Of a stretch of 64,000 bases of DNA, positions 10,701 through 21,934 are shown piece by piece. Within the stretch, counting starts at the first letter, position 1; each line of letters begins with the position of its first letter. Where the stretch lies: assembly GCF_963506605.1 (NCBI RefSeq), contig NC_083288.1, positions 28,830,001 through 28,894,000 of the forward strand, given 5' to 3'. This DNA comes from Zootoca vivipara (lineage: Eukaryota). The notes under the pieces are model-generated. The model had not been told where the DNA came from. It did not search any database and worked only from the letters and a program-made list of their open reading frames with translations. The position numbers and the translations under genes are program-made.

Positions 10701-12936
10701 TCTGAAAATCCACAACATGAAGCGAACACATCTAGAGGTATGACTGTACTGCAAGTCTGTGCTTATATACACTTTCTGTGAGGTGTTAGACCCATTGCTT
10801 TCAAAATAGGTATTGTTCCATCCTGAGACTTCTCTGGATCAGGGCCGTCTTAAGTATATTTGGCGCCCTGGCGCCACGGTGCGACGGATCCCTCCGGCAC
10901 CCCCGCCCCGCCCGGTTTCCCAGGGCGGCGGGCGGCCAGAGCTGCGCGGGCGGAGCTGTGCGGGCGGGCACAGCACACAGCACGGCTGCCAGGGGCGTAG
11001 CTCCGTGGCGGGCGGGCAGGCGGGCACAGCTCCGCGGCGGGCGGGTGGGCGCCCTGGCGCCCTGTGCCACCCAGCCTGGCCGTAGGGCCGGCCCTGATCT
11101 GGATATTATGAACAAAACTCCACAAAGCTCTAGAACATGCATTTTATTGAAGTTCACAAGGCACATGTAGAAATATTTACTCATACTCCAGTGTAGGCTG
11201 TTCTTTTGTTTGAATGAATGTAGTTAGGAAGCTCTTCATTAAGTTCTTTATGGTGTTTTCTATGTAGTTCTTTTTGGAGTTCTGTAAAAACGAGTGAATT
11301 TGCATCTCTTCCTGGGCTTGCAAGAACTAAACTGAACTAGGATGCAAAGGACAGAGGGATGTTTTTCCTGATCTGGGCAGAGCCAATAGAAATTAAAATA
11401 CTCCTGTGCCTGCATTTCCCAGCCTACTTTGGGGGAATGCAGTACCTTTTCTTAAAGGGACAACATTATTCCTTTTACTAATACTAATACACTGATTTGC
11501 TATCACTAAATACAGTGGTACCTCGGTTTAAGTACACAATTGGTTCCGGAAGTCTGTACTTAACCTGAAGCGTCCTTAACCTGAAGTGTCCTTAACCTGA
11601 AGCGAACTTTCCCATTGAAAGTAATGGAAAGTGAATCAATCCATTCCAGACGGTCCGCGGAGTACTTAACCTGAAGCGTACTTAACCTGAAGCGAACTTT
11701 CCCTTTGAAAGTAATGGAAAGTGGATTAATCCATTCCAGACGGTCCGCGGAGTACTTAACCTGAAGCGTACTTAACCTGAAGCGAACTTTCCCATTGAAA
11801 GTAATGGAAAGTGGATTAATCTGTTCCAGGCGGTCCACAGAGTACTTAAACTGAAAGTACTCAAACTGAAGCATACGTAAACCGAGTTATGACTGTAATT
11901 GAACCTGGGATTGGGGGGGGGGGCAGAACAGATATTTCTGTGAATAAATGGACTAAAGGGAAATAAATGTATTGAGACAATTTTGCCCAACACTAATTGT
12001 GTGCATATACTGTATACATACTATATTGCAGATGCAGCTTATTGTATCAAGTGCCCAGAAGATCACTATCTAAATGAGAACCATGACCACTGTATCCCTA
12101 AGGTTACATCTTTCCTATCCTACCAAGAGCCCTTGGGCATTGTTTTGGTTAGTGTTGCTCTTTCCTTTGCTGTGATCACTTGTTTTGTGATACAAACCTT
12201 CCTAAAGAATTGGAACACCCCCATTGTCAAAGCCAATAACCAGAACCTCAGCTGTGTTCTTCTCATTTCCATCCTGTTGTGCTATCTTTCTTGTTTGCTC
12301 TTCATTGGCAAACCGGGGAAGGTATCCTGCCTTCTCCGACAAATGACTTTTGGCATCATTTTCTCTGTGGCAGTTTCTTGTGTGTTGGCAAAAACAATCC
12401 TTGTGGTCCTGGCCTTCATGGCCACAAAGCCAGGCAACAGGATGAGGACATGGCTGGGCCAAAAAGTGGCTATTTCTATTGTTCTTTCCTGCTCCCTCCA
12501 ACAAGTGTGTATTTGTATTGCATGGTTCTTGACCTCACCACCATTCCCAGATGTTGACATGTACTCACAGACTGGGAAGATCATACTGGAATGCAATGAA
12601 GGTTCCATCACCATGTTCTACTCTATGTTGGGCTGCATTGGCTTTCTGGCCCTCATCAGCTTCATTGTAGCTTTCTTAGCCAGAAGCTTGCCTGACACCT
12701 TCAATGAAGCCAAGTTTATCACCTTCAGCATGTTGGTGTTTTGCAGTGTTTGGATCTCCTTTATTCCAGGTTATCTGAGCACCAAGGGGAAACACATTGT
12801 GGTGGTGGAGCTTTTTGCCATCTTGGCCTCCAATACCGGACTGTTGGCTTGCATCTTCTTCCCCAAGTGTTACATCATTGTTTTCAGGGCTGATCTCAAC
12901 ACAAAGAACCTGCTAACTGGGAAAAGGATGGGCTGA
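2931..12936 (+). CDS. Vomeronasal type-2 receptor V2R-A (class C GPCR), intact, 6 exons, ~861 aa
   Basis: Exons 2931(or 2949)-3175, 4030-4318, 5302-6108, 7744-7956, 10203-10329 and 12032-12936. All junctions are GT-AG with consistent phases 2,0,0,0,1. Signal peptide then [10 protein letters not shown]; [20 protein letters not shown]; HFRWTWIGL; [12 protein letters not shown]; Cys-rich CCYDCTPC; 7TM with TPIVKANN and [22 protein letters not shown]. Confidence 0.93.
3400..3535. mobile_element. Non-autonomous hAT-type MITE (palindromic)
   Basis: TIRs CAGGCATCCCCAAACT...AGTTTGGGGGTGCCTG, with a perfect 8-bp TSD CCTTAAAC (3392-3399 / 3536-3543). Confidence 0.85.
4750..4980 (+). mobile_element. 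L2-type LINE 3' end remnant
   Basis: CTGTGGAATGCGCTCCCATCAGATGTCAGGGAG...CTTAAGGCAGC...GTGAAGTCACCCAGAGTGGCTGG resembles squamate L2 3' ends. Contains a (TG)n tract. Confidence 0.5.
6513..7362 (-). mobile_element. GC-rich LTR-like or DIRS/Ngaro-like non-autonomous element in V2R-A intron 3
   Basis: Minus-strand AATAAAGTTGTGGCC near 6597-6611. Shares blocks with the 8087-8901 element (GGCCACAACTTTATT; TTGTGACA..TTGCTACG..AAAACC..TGCCAA..AATTCC..CCCTCAAC; GGAGGGTGGG). Its last ~225 bp recur at 61126-61364. No TSD is evident. Confidence 0.5.
8087..8901 (-). mobile_element. Solo-LTR-like or DIRS/Ngaro-like element in V2R-A intron 4
   Basis: TG...CA ends with short IR TGTTGC...GCAACA. CpG-rich. 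Minus-strand AATAAAGTTGTGGCC at ~8163-8177. No TSD visible. Confidence 0.55.
9350..9725 (+). mobile_element. Sauria (Squam1) SINE
   Basis: Head GGGACACAGGTGGCACTGTGGTCTAAACCACTGAG...GAAGGTCGGCGGTTTGAATC, body AATAGGTACCACTGCAGTGGGAAGGTAA, and (ACCTTT)-type tail. Confidence 0.85.
10498..10746. mobile_element. Tc1/mariner (pogo/Tigger-like) MITE
   Basis: TIR-like ends TAGCGGTACCTCTAG...CTAGAGGTATGACTG flanked by TA, with an internally palindromic body. Confidence 0.7.
10840..11096. mobile_element. GC-rich hAT-type MITE
   Basis: TIRs CAGGGCCG...CGGCCCTG and 8-bp TSD CTCTGGAT/ATCTGGAT (7/8 match). Explains the cluster of spurious GC-rich ORFs here. Confidence 0.8.
11513..11895. mobile_element. 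Tc1/mariner-type MITE with three internal 90-bp tandem units
   Basis: TA-CAGTGGTACCTCGG...CCGAGTTATGACTG-TA. The unit CTGAAGCGAACTTTCCC...GTACTTAAC starts at 11597, 11687 and 11777. Confidence 0.85.
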
Positions 12937-13104
12937 TTTTGCATGTTAATATCTCCATTCATTTGTCTAAATATGTAATTCCTGCAATCTGCTCACATTT
13001 GTGGTGTGTTGCTTTTAAACAGTTTTCTAGTGAAGCAAGTGTTAGTAAAGAATTAATTAGGGCTGGTAAAATAGTTGACTTTGGAATGTCAGGTTGAATG
13101 TTGG

Positions 13105-13295
13105 AACCACACTGGCACACAATGAAGACTCCATCATCACGTCCTACAGTCGGGTTTCTGGTCATCTGCAGCTTCAATTTTGCTTTTCTAGCTTGGACAT
13201 CACTTGACATGTTCATTCACACTGAACTCCTCATCTTAGGCATGTTGGCTTTTTGTAGTGTTTGGATTTATTTGATACCTACTCATGTGAGCACA
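13105..13295 (+). pseudogene. Degenerate V2R exon-6 fragment (TM5-TM6 region)
   Basis: Translates VGFLVICSFNFAFLAWTSLDMFIHTELLILGMLAFCSVWIYLIPTHVST, colinear with V2[51 protein letters not shown]. Confidence 0.75.
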
Positions 13296-14256
13296 ATAAT
13301 AATATACTAATGCTATTTAAATGAGTTTGTGGGAGAGGGTAATTAGTAGTTGCAGAATAGGGTGAACTGCACCAAAGATTGGAAGGATGAGACACACAAG
13401 GATATAAAAATAGAGAGATTTGTTCTTTCCTTCTCCCATGTAATGGATTATAGTATTGCCACCTTAATTAGTCATATTTAGGTTGAAAAGCCTCACTTAT
13501 ATAAATGGAAACTGAATGCAACATAATTATTTACCTAATACCACACACTGGGAACCATTGATATAGCCATGTTTCTGAAATATAATTTCAGCACACTGTC
13601 CCTTACTCATATTGGCTCTCAAAGCTCATCATTAAACTAGTTACAGACTATATTCTCTAGTGCCTTCTGTCTCTACAGAAATAATCTCTGGTGAATCTTG
13701 CTTTAAAAAAAAACCCACAGAGAATGAAAGACGTGCAAACTGACTGACAGAATCTAAAAGAATTAAAGGCATTTAGATAAATCCACCCAGACAACAGGAA
13801 CAAATATCAGGAGTGTAGGAGTGTATGAAGGAAGATTCTTAAAAGCCATTTCTGAGATGGAAATATTGAGTCATATTTGAGTGAGATGGACAAATATGAC
13901 AAAAGTTTGACTTAAGAATCCCTTACTCCCCCCCCCCAAAAAAAACCCCAGAAGATACCCAAATATAATCATGTGAATGAAACACATCAGAAGAAACGCC
14001 CGAATGTGCAGAAGCCAGTTGAGAAAACTAAACAGAAAAGGTAAGGTTTGTTACATATCCCTTGTCCACTCTCTTCACTTCAAATGTAATTGTTTGAGTC
14101 ACAACCCATAACCAAATTTCATACATAATTTCATACAAGGAAAGAAGACAAAATGAATACTTAACAGCAAACACAAAAAATGAATTCACACCCCATGATC
14201 AACAATTCAGTAAACTATCTTTTGGAGATTTTTTTAAATGGCTGTTTCCAAAAGCA

Positions 14257-14375
14257 TAGCTGTATTAGTCACTTGCAGCAAAACTGGCAGTCTTCTGGCA
14301 TTTTGAATGCCAACAGATTTTAAAAACATATTCCGTAATAAATTTCTTGGTATTGAGTAAGGTGCCACAAGACTG
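14257..14375. mobile_element. Degenerate palindromic Penelope/Neptune-derived non-autonomous element
   Basis: Inverted arms CAGTCTTCTGGCA / TGCCACAAGACTG (12/13), plus AATAAATTT...TAAGGTGCCACAAG. Resembles reptile Penelope-derived repeats; the centre is deleted. Confidence 0.45.
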
Positions 14376-14494
14376 TCATATTTGTATTTTTCACAATGGT
14401 GAACGATCTACTCACTTTCACACATAATTTTGTGATTAAACATTTCTGTATGATTGTTTAAAATACTTCTCTCTCCCATAATTAGGATTACCTG

Positions 14495-15451
14495 ATGGAA
14501 ATTTTTATGCAGCAAAACAGAACAACAACAATGAATCTATTAATTCTCCATGGCTTTGGGGACCTCCAGGAACTTCAGTTTTTTGTTTTTCCACTGTTTT
14601 TAGGAATTTATGGAATAACAATGGTCGGGAATTTTCTTATTTTAATATCTGTATCAGTTGATAAGAAACTTCACACTCCCATGTATTTCTTTATTGGCAA
14701 TTTATCATTCTTGGAACTCTGGTATACCTCAAACATTAGCCCAAAAATGTTGGTGGATTTACTGAGCAAGGACAAGACCATTTCAGTGACAGGCTGCATC
14801 ATACAGCTATACATTTTCTGTGCCCTGGGAACTGTTGAATGCTTTCTCTTGTTGCTCATGTCATATGATCGTTATCTTGCCATCTGTAATCCACTGCACT
14901 ATGCCAAATCAATGAATTGGAATTGTTGCCTTAAATTAACTGCTGGCACATGGTTATGGGGCTTCCTATTAGCTGCTGGGCTGAACATCATTGTCTCCAC
15001 GTCTTTAACACTTTGTGGCCCCAATCAGGTCGATCATTTCTTTTGTGACTTGACACCCTTGTTGAAGTTGTCCTGTTCTGATATCCACCTAGCAGAAGTG
15101 GCCATCTTCGTAGCATGTTTTGCTGTGTCATTGGTTCCTTTTCTTTTAACCATCACATCATACGTCTCTATCATACTGACCATTTTCAAAATTCCATCAT
15201 CATCTGGAAAGAAGAAAGCCTTTTCCACTTGTAGCTCTCATCTAATTGTAGTAAGCTCCTTCTACGGAACTCTGGGCATCACATATGCGGTCTCTATAGG
15301 GACACAGTCAGTAGAATTAAACAAAATTCTTTCCTTGTTGTATACTGTTCTGACTCCTATGTTTAATCCCATTGTATACAGTCTGAGGAATAAGGAGGTT
15401 AAAGAAACACTAAGAATGTTGTTGAGTAAAGCTTCAGCTTTCATAAACTGA
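14495..15451 (+). CDS. Olfactory receptor OR-2 (class II, family 11/6-like), intact
   Basis: 318-aa ORF with NRT glycosylation site, LHTPMYFFIGNLS, MSYDRYLAICNPLHY, KAFSTCSSHL and PMFNPIVYSLRN. Acceptor AG at ~14484-14485 and candidate 5'UTR donor AAG|GTAAG at 14040/14041. Confidence 0.95.
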   Translation: MEIFMQQNRTTTMNLLILHGFGDLQELQFFVFPLFLGIYGITMVGNFLILISVSVDKKLHTPMYFFIGNLSFLELWYTSNISPKMLVDLLSKDKTISVTGCIIQLYIFCALGTVECFLLLLMSYDRYLAICNPLHYAKSMNWNCCLKLTAGTWLWGFLLAAGLNIIVSTSLTLCGPNQVDHFFCDLTPLLKLSCSDIHLAEVAIFVACFAVSLVPFLLTITSYVSIILTIFKIPSSSGKKKAFSTCSSHLIVVSSFYGTLGITYAVSIGTQSVELNKILSLLYTVLTPMFNPIVYSLRNKEVKETLRMLLSKASAFIN

Positions 15452-16134
15452 TCAAATGCTATGCAACAATTTTGATAATATTTCAAAAAATAAAATAAAA
15501 TGTTGAGGTTGGATTTACTATAAGTAAACTCTGCAGCAAAAGGCAGCAACATAGGGCTTGAGACACTGTGTACCAGCACCACGGGACACATCATACTACA
15601 GATGTGGTAAAATCTTCCAGTTCCTTCTAGTCTACCTAAATACTTTAGCCTTCCTTAAACAGAAGGGAACTAGCAAATCTGCTTTGAAAATCCCATCACC
15701 TGAAATCTTATGACAAAAATCTGGAAGCTCCCTGATAAATTCTCATAGTCCTATTGAAATTCTGTGCTCGTATTTTCATTATTTCAAATTATAATGCACT
15801 CATCATGATAAATATTTCTAGGTCAGTTTATAGGGTGTTGCCACAGCACTAGCTTCTCAACAGCGCTGCTGTTGCTGCTGTTGCTGCTGCTGCTGACCAG
15901 CAGGTTGACGAGTGAGGTGACAAGGTCTGCAGGATGTGGTTGAAGTGATGTGAGTGCAGGGTTGGCTCCACCTGTGTGCCTGCCCCATGCTAACCTCTCT
16001 GGACCCCTTTTCCTCCTGGTAAGTGGCAGCAACAACACTGCTGGGAAGCTAGCATTGCAGTTCCACCCCAGAGGGCAAGTTGCTTTTGACTCTTCCTTTC
16101 TTTCTCACATGATGTATCTAAAATAGCAAGTTTG

Positions 16135-16137
<3 letters not shown>

Positions 16138-16183
<46 letters not shown>
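16138..16183. repeat. (TA)n microsatellite
   Basis: Direct reading. Other microsatellites: (ATTT)n ~4682-4718, (TG)n ~19565-19588, (CTA)n ~23638-23666, (ATATA)n ~25052-25100, (CCTT)n ~29767-29838, (GTT)n ~36305-36336, (TA)n ~41336-41379, (TG)n ~44229-44265, (TA)n ~49326-49375. Confidence 0.9.
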
Positions 16184-16188
<5 letters not shown>

Positions 16189-16785
16189 TTGTAATTTATT
16201 TTGAAGTACCGAGAGAAATGAATAACAAACTTACCTTCCCAATGGATGCATTTGGGATATGGTATAAATTGCAGAGCTCTTGATTTACTGGTAATTACCA
16301 AATTTTGTTTCTTTGAAGTATACACTATTGTTTTGACAGCAATAATATTCTGGTTTTTTATGTGTTTTAAAATTTAATAAAGTTCCCCACCTCTCTTCTC
16401 CCCCAAACTTATACTGTATACAACATAAATGTCTCACATTGAATGTAACTGATTTGTAGAAAAGACTCTACAACCTGAAAATAGTTACAATACAGTACTT
16501 TTGTAACCCAGGAAAATATTTAATAAAACTTAAATAAATAGATACAAAGAACAAAGATTAATTTGAGACACAGGAGCCTTTGCATTTAACTCAAAACATC
16601 TGTAGGCAGGAGAATGTATTGAAAGCCACACAAAGTTTATTTGGCTCATCACAGAGAGGTCAGTGACAATTGTTATTGTTCTCTGGTAACTCAAATGTGG
16701 TGTTTTAGCCTTAGATCATATGAGAGGTATTGAGTTGTAAATTGGAAGGTTGGTGGCTAAGTCTTTGATCTCAGGTTCTGTGGAA

Positions 16786-17095
16786 GTAAAGGTAAAGGTA
16801 AAGGGACTGCTGATCTCACTTTACTGGCCGAGGGAGCTGGCGTACAGCTTCCGGGTCATGTGGCCAGCATGACTAAGCCACTTCTGGCGAAGCAGAGCAG
16901 TGCACGGAAATGCCTTTTACCTTCCTGCCAAAACAGTACCTATTTATCTACTTACACTTTGACGTGCTTTCGAACTGCTAGGTGGGCGGCAGCAGGGACC
17001 AAGCAATGGGAGCTTACCCCGTCGTGGGGATTTGAACCACTGACCTTCTGATCAGCAAGCCCTAGGCTCTGTGGTTTAGACCACAGCACCACCCA
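16786..17095 (-). mobile_element. Sauria (Squam1) SINE
   Basis: Reverse-complement copy: (GGTAAA)n tail at the left end and head CCCTAGGCTCTGTGGTTTAGACCACAGCACCACCC at the right end. Confidence 0.85.
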
Positions 17096-18154
17096 CTTGG
17101 AAGTAAGGATGTATAAATGACCCCCTCCAGTGGGTGAATACAGCTGCAAGAAAAATGGAGACTGTAAGGAGAGACAGACCTCTGATTTTAGATCTGTTAG
17201 GAGTATTTAATATTTTATTGCTGAGATGCTGAGCCTGTGCGGGACAATATAGTCTATGGAAATATTTGGATTCATCTTTGATGTTTTTGCTCTGTTTTGA
17301 GGCAAATTCTGCAAGTAAAGCTTTAATTAAACTCACGGACCTTGACAATGTTTTATTTTCAAAAGGAGTGAGTTTTTATGCACCCTGTCACTTCAAACTG
17401 TTCAATATTAATATCGGAAATAAAGCCACCACCCAGAGTACCCTGACTGCTCTTTGGGCCCATCAATACTTTATATTGATCTGTTCTATGCTCAGCTTGT
17501 TAATTCCCCCAGGTTTGAAAGCTCTTCACACTGTTCTGCAGCCATTTGTTGCTTGCAAGATTCTGAACTTGCCAGATGCACAGAATATTCAAATAAAGAA
17601 TTACCCCACTGGAAGAGATCATGAACAGTTTTCTTTGACTTTTCCATGGATCTGTAAGCAGGGGTAGTCTCCTTTGATCTCCTCCATTTCTCTCCATGCC
17701 TCTCCCCACCAATGGTAAGTTTTCCATACTTTCAGGTTCCGACTGCTTAACATGCATGGTTCCATACTGTCTGAGACCCAATATTTCCTGTTATGTGGAA
17801 CAATATTCACTTAGAAATATCCTCATCCAGAAATCCATAATGAATGCACAAGAAAGCACAAAAATCAATGGAAGGGGCAAAACAATGCACAATTTCAGGG
17901 CTGGGATGTGGGAAGTGTCCACTCTCTACATACTGACTATTAATGGGAATGACTAAACTTTGAATACAGCCGATAACACAATGAGGTGGTGGTGGGCTGG
18001 GGTGTGTGTGCCTCCCTCCCACTTCTGTTCCCAGCAGCAGCACCCTCTCCCCCATCTCTCAGTGTGACTTATTCTTCACTTCAGGGCCATGTAGGAATCT
18101 TTGGCAGATCCACCTCTGAGTGGGTTGGTTTTTTCACCTACCACATATTGAATA

Positions 18155-18432
18155 CAATGGTACCTCAGTTTAAGTACACAATTGGTTCTGGAAGTCTGTA
18201 CTTAACCTGAAGCATACTTAACCTGAAGCGAACTTTCCCATTGAAAGTAATGGAAAGTGGATTAATCCGCTCCAGACGGTCTGCGGAGTACTGAAACAGA
18301 AGCGTACGTAACCTGAAGCGAACTTTCCCATTGAAAGTAATGGAAAGTGGATGAATCCGTTCCAGACAGGTCCGCGGAATACTTAAACTGAAAGTACTCA
18401 AACTGAAGCGTACTTAAACTGAGGTATGACTG
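18155..18432. mobile_element. Tc1/mariner-type MITE (same family as 11513; two internal units)
   Basis: TA-CAATGGTACCTCAG...CTGAGGTATGACTG-TA, with near-identical internal repeats. Confidence 0.85.
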
Positions 18433-19190
18433 TAGCTGGGTCATGGGCATTAGATGGTTTGCTGTACTGTTAAATAAGTTAACCTGGTATTTTATTCATT
18501 CGTTTTTGGCAGGAAATGGAGTCGTTGTGTTTCAGTCTGGTCACCCCCTTAAGGCAGGTGCCACAGAAAGAATGTAGTTGTTCAAGGGAGCCTTGGATTC
18601 AAAAAGGTTGAAAACTTCCCCCCTAGAGCTTGCAATTTGTTCAAGTTTGCTCCTGTACCAATAGTGTTTTCCCTCTGCAAGGATTTTTAATAGTACACCA
18701 GGGAATTATATGCAATTCACTCAAATTGGATCTTCAAGATGTATTAAAAAAAAGTCCACTCCAATGGATATGAATTATACCTTAAGTGACAGATTGCTTA
18801 GAATTGGTCCCAGATACTCGTTCTGTCCTTCAAATCCCTTGGTGTATTCCTCGACTCTCTATGTTGAAGGATCTGTGGGAACACAGCAATAGAAAGGGAA
18901 TAGAACACGTAAAAGCTTAAGTTATCCAAGGGATTTCTTTTTCCTCCATACGTGTTTAAGACCTGATAAGGGTATATTTTCAAAGCTGAGGTGAAATCGG
19001 AAAGGAGCCGTGCCTTTTAATAAGATAAATATTGCTTATTCAACTCCATTAATGTCAGTTACAAACAGTTGTGCAGGACAACAGCCTTACCTGAATTTTT
19101 CACTGGGTGAGTAGAAAGAATAAGACAGCCAATTAGTAGTTGGAAATAGTAAGAGTGGGAGAATAGTATATATTATAAGAAAATGGATAC

Positions 19191-19280
19191 CATAGCTGCC
19201 AAGTTTTCCCTTTTCTCATGAGGAAGCCTATTCAGCATAATGGAATTTCCCTTTAAAAAAGGGATAACTTGGCAGCTATG
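19191..19280. mobile_element. 90-bp hAT-type MITE
   Basis: TIRs CATAGCTGCCAAGT...ACTTGGCAGCTATG, with a perfect 8-bp TSD ATGGATAC. Confidence 0.85.
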
Positions 19281-21934
19281 ATGGATACAAAGAGAGCAGT
19301 AAATACTTGGTAAGTGGCTCTATTTTCCAGTGTGTTTCGGAATATAAACTTTGAGAGAATTCAACTTTATGTATCCTCCTGAAGCAGTTCCAGCTTCCTG
19401 ATAAGGTGATAGACCATTAAAGGGAACAAAGGATGTGGATCTGTACGAGACAGCAAATGGGGCCCCTTCCCCATTTAGAAAGACAAAGTATTTGATTAGA
19501 AGTGATGTGAGGTAGAAGTGATGTGAATGTGAATGGCATGAACCCTTCCACTGTAGGCTCAAGTTGTGTGTGTGTGTGTGTGTGTGTGACACTAATGCAT
19601 TAAAAATTAATAAGTGAAATTGAACATATCATTTTTTGATGGATAAGTAAACAGTATGTTATGAATGTCAGTTTGTATATTAGGGTGATGGCTTTTTTTT
19701 TACAACCTCATTTCCCTGTATGAAAATTTGATGAGCTTTCATTAAAGATTAGATAGAATCTTACTTTCAAAGAGATTTGATTAAAAAACCTCATGCACAA
19801 AATTATTTTTAAAAAATTATTTATCAGTTTTTGGACCATTTTTGAATGGTCTGCAAGCAGATATAAAACTGAACCCAAGCTTTAGAGTCACATATATACA
19901 ACATTATATAGGATCATCACACACACGAGGAAGCTTTTTTTAGCTGCAGGAACACTATAGACGCCACTAGAGGACAATGTTTTGCTACCTCTCCTGTAGG
20001 TTCTTTTCCCAGCATGTCTGGCAGGGTCTGCTGGCTGAGTTTTGATGTCCCCAAAAGCGGCTTTTACCTTGCGCAGGTGTGACATTTGTATACCCTATGT
20101 TGCTAAGATCACTCCCCATTGTGGAATGTCGTGTTGTGTTCAAATTTGATACAGAATATATATATAATTGTTAATACAATTTTATGAAATGGTAAAACGG
20201 CATACAAAAAAAAATCAAAAATGGTTTGTGCGTAAACTTTTTTTAATATTTCAATGGAATATAGCTCATTTTAGTCATCAATAGGGAAAAGTTCATTCAT
20301 TTGTGCTACAGGAAATAATTTATACTGTATCATATTATGGCAGAAACACATTTCCCCCTCCCTCCAATACTACTTTACAGTAATTTAAGCAATGGGAAAT
20401 TTTTTATTCTAGAATGTCATTCACATGCTTTCTTTTTTTCCCCAAGACCTTGTAAGATTTTTTTTTAAGTTCCTGTGGCATTGTTGGTGGTTTTATTGTG
20501 CACATTTTGGTTCTGTGCTGCATGCGGTGTTTTGTAGTGTGTTTGTTTGTGTGTTTGGAGGGGGAGTGATCTCACTTTCATGATACTTTGTGCTTTAAAG
20601 CTTATTATAGATTTTATTTATTGTTCTATAGTTTTATTATTTTACTTCGTGGACAACATCATATATGTGATGATGTACCTTATAAATAGAATCAAACATT
20701 ATATTCTTTCCTTCTTCTTAGAAGCATATGCATACTGTTGAAATCTTGGTTGATATAGGCTTTAAAAAAGTCTAATTCTAGTTTACTTTATTTAATCTAT
20801 CATTTGGAAGGAAAAGGCATGTATCCTGAGGTCCTCCATGCAGCTCAGGTGGCTTCAGTGGTTTGGCAGGTATAGTACAGCTGGTTTGCTGGCTATCACC
20901 ATTTGTAGATTGGAATAACCTAGGAATAATTATCCCTGCCCATGTAACCTCCTAAATGGAGTATTGTGACTCACTCCATATGGGACTGCCCTTGAAGATA
21001 GTCCAGAAGATGCAACTGGTGGAGCAAGTAGCCACTAGTGTCCTAAGCAAAATGAGACCCAAACACCTGAAGAGAACCTGCCCCTGTATTAACCTTCCAG
21101 TGGCTAAAGTCCAATGGGAAGGCTATTTTTGTTGTCTCACCAATGGTTTAGGCTCACAATATAGTAACATGGAAAACAACCTTATCTATAGTGATAACCC
21201 ACTTAGGGAACACACACACTATTGGTCTGTTTGATGATATTGACAAAAACAGGTAGATAAAGTGAGGTCTAAAAAGAAGTCAAAAGCAAGTAATAAATAA
21301 ATCAGTAAGGGTACTGGGTGAGCGTCCATTTGGAAAGTATTTCGTTAGCCGATAGCCACAATGAAGAAGGATCTTTCCACTTTACAAGATAGTGAGAGTC
21401 AGTGGTATTTTTCTAGAAAAAGAGGTGCTGGAATTTACCATAAATGCCTCCCCCATTCTCTTAGAATGGCTATGGTGATCTTAATACTATTATGTATATA
21501 GTACATTAACTCATTTACCTCATGAAATAATAAAATATTCAGGAACATTGTTCCCCCAGTGGGAGGGGAGAACAAGACATGTTTGATTCAAGGAGTCTCC
21601 AAAGGGGGAAAAAAACAGTATGGAATAATGTCCTCCTAGTGAGAGAGGGAGGGCAGGATCCATACCGGGGCCAGAATTTAAAGGGAATAAAAATTTAGAT
21701 AGTGCTGAGAGGTGGAAAGATACCTTGGTGGTATCGTGCTACAGTTAGAAAACTGGGAGGGGGGGCAAGCAGGTAAAGATGGGAGAGTGGTGGATAGGTG
21801 GCGAAAGAGTAGGAGTGGGATGAGGAGTAAAAATGGGTTATTTTCTGACTGATTAAGGTGGTCTGAACTGGAATGACTTATGGAGCTGGCTGATGCATCT
21901 GGGAGACCAAGGGAAAGGGGGGGGAGAGAATTAG

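Noticed and set aside
10801-11184. Overlapping GC-rich ORFs or a CpG-island promoter
   Set aside because: Fully explained by the hAT MITE at 10840-11096.
11560-11874. Regular repeats and repetitive ORF resembling a CRISPR array or repeat protein
   Set aside because: Eukaryotic context, no unique spacers, and the repeats are bounded by TIRs and TA. They are internal MITE repeats.
19964-19975. CTCF-like motifs (CCACTAGAGGAC here, GCACTAGATGGCA at 57136-57148) as insulators between OR and V2R genes
   Set aside because: Imperfect single matches, expected by chance in 64 kb; one is intronic. Unsupported without ChIP data.
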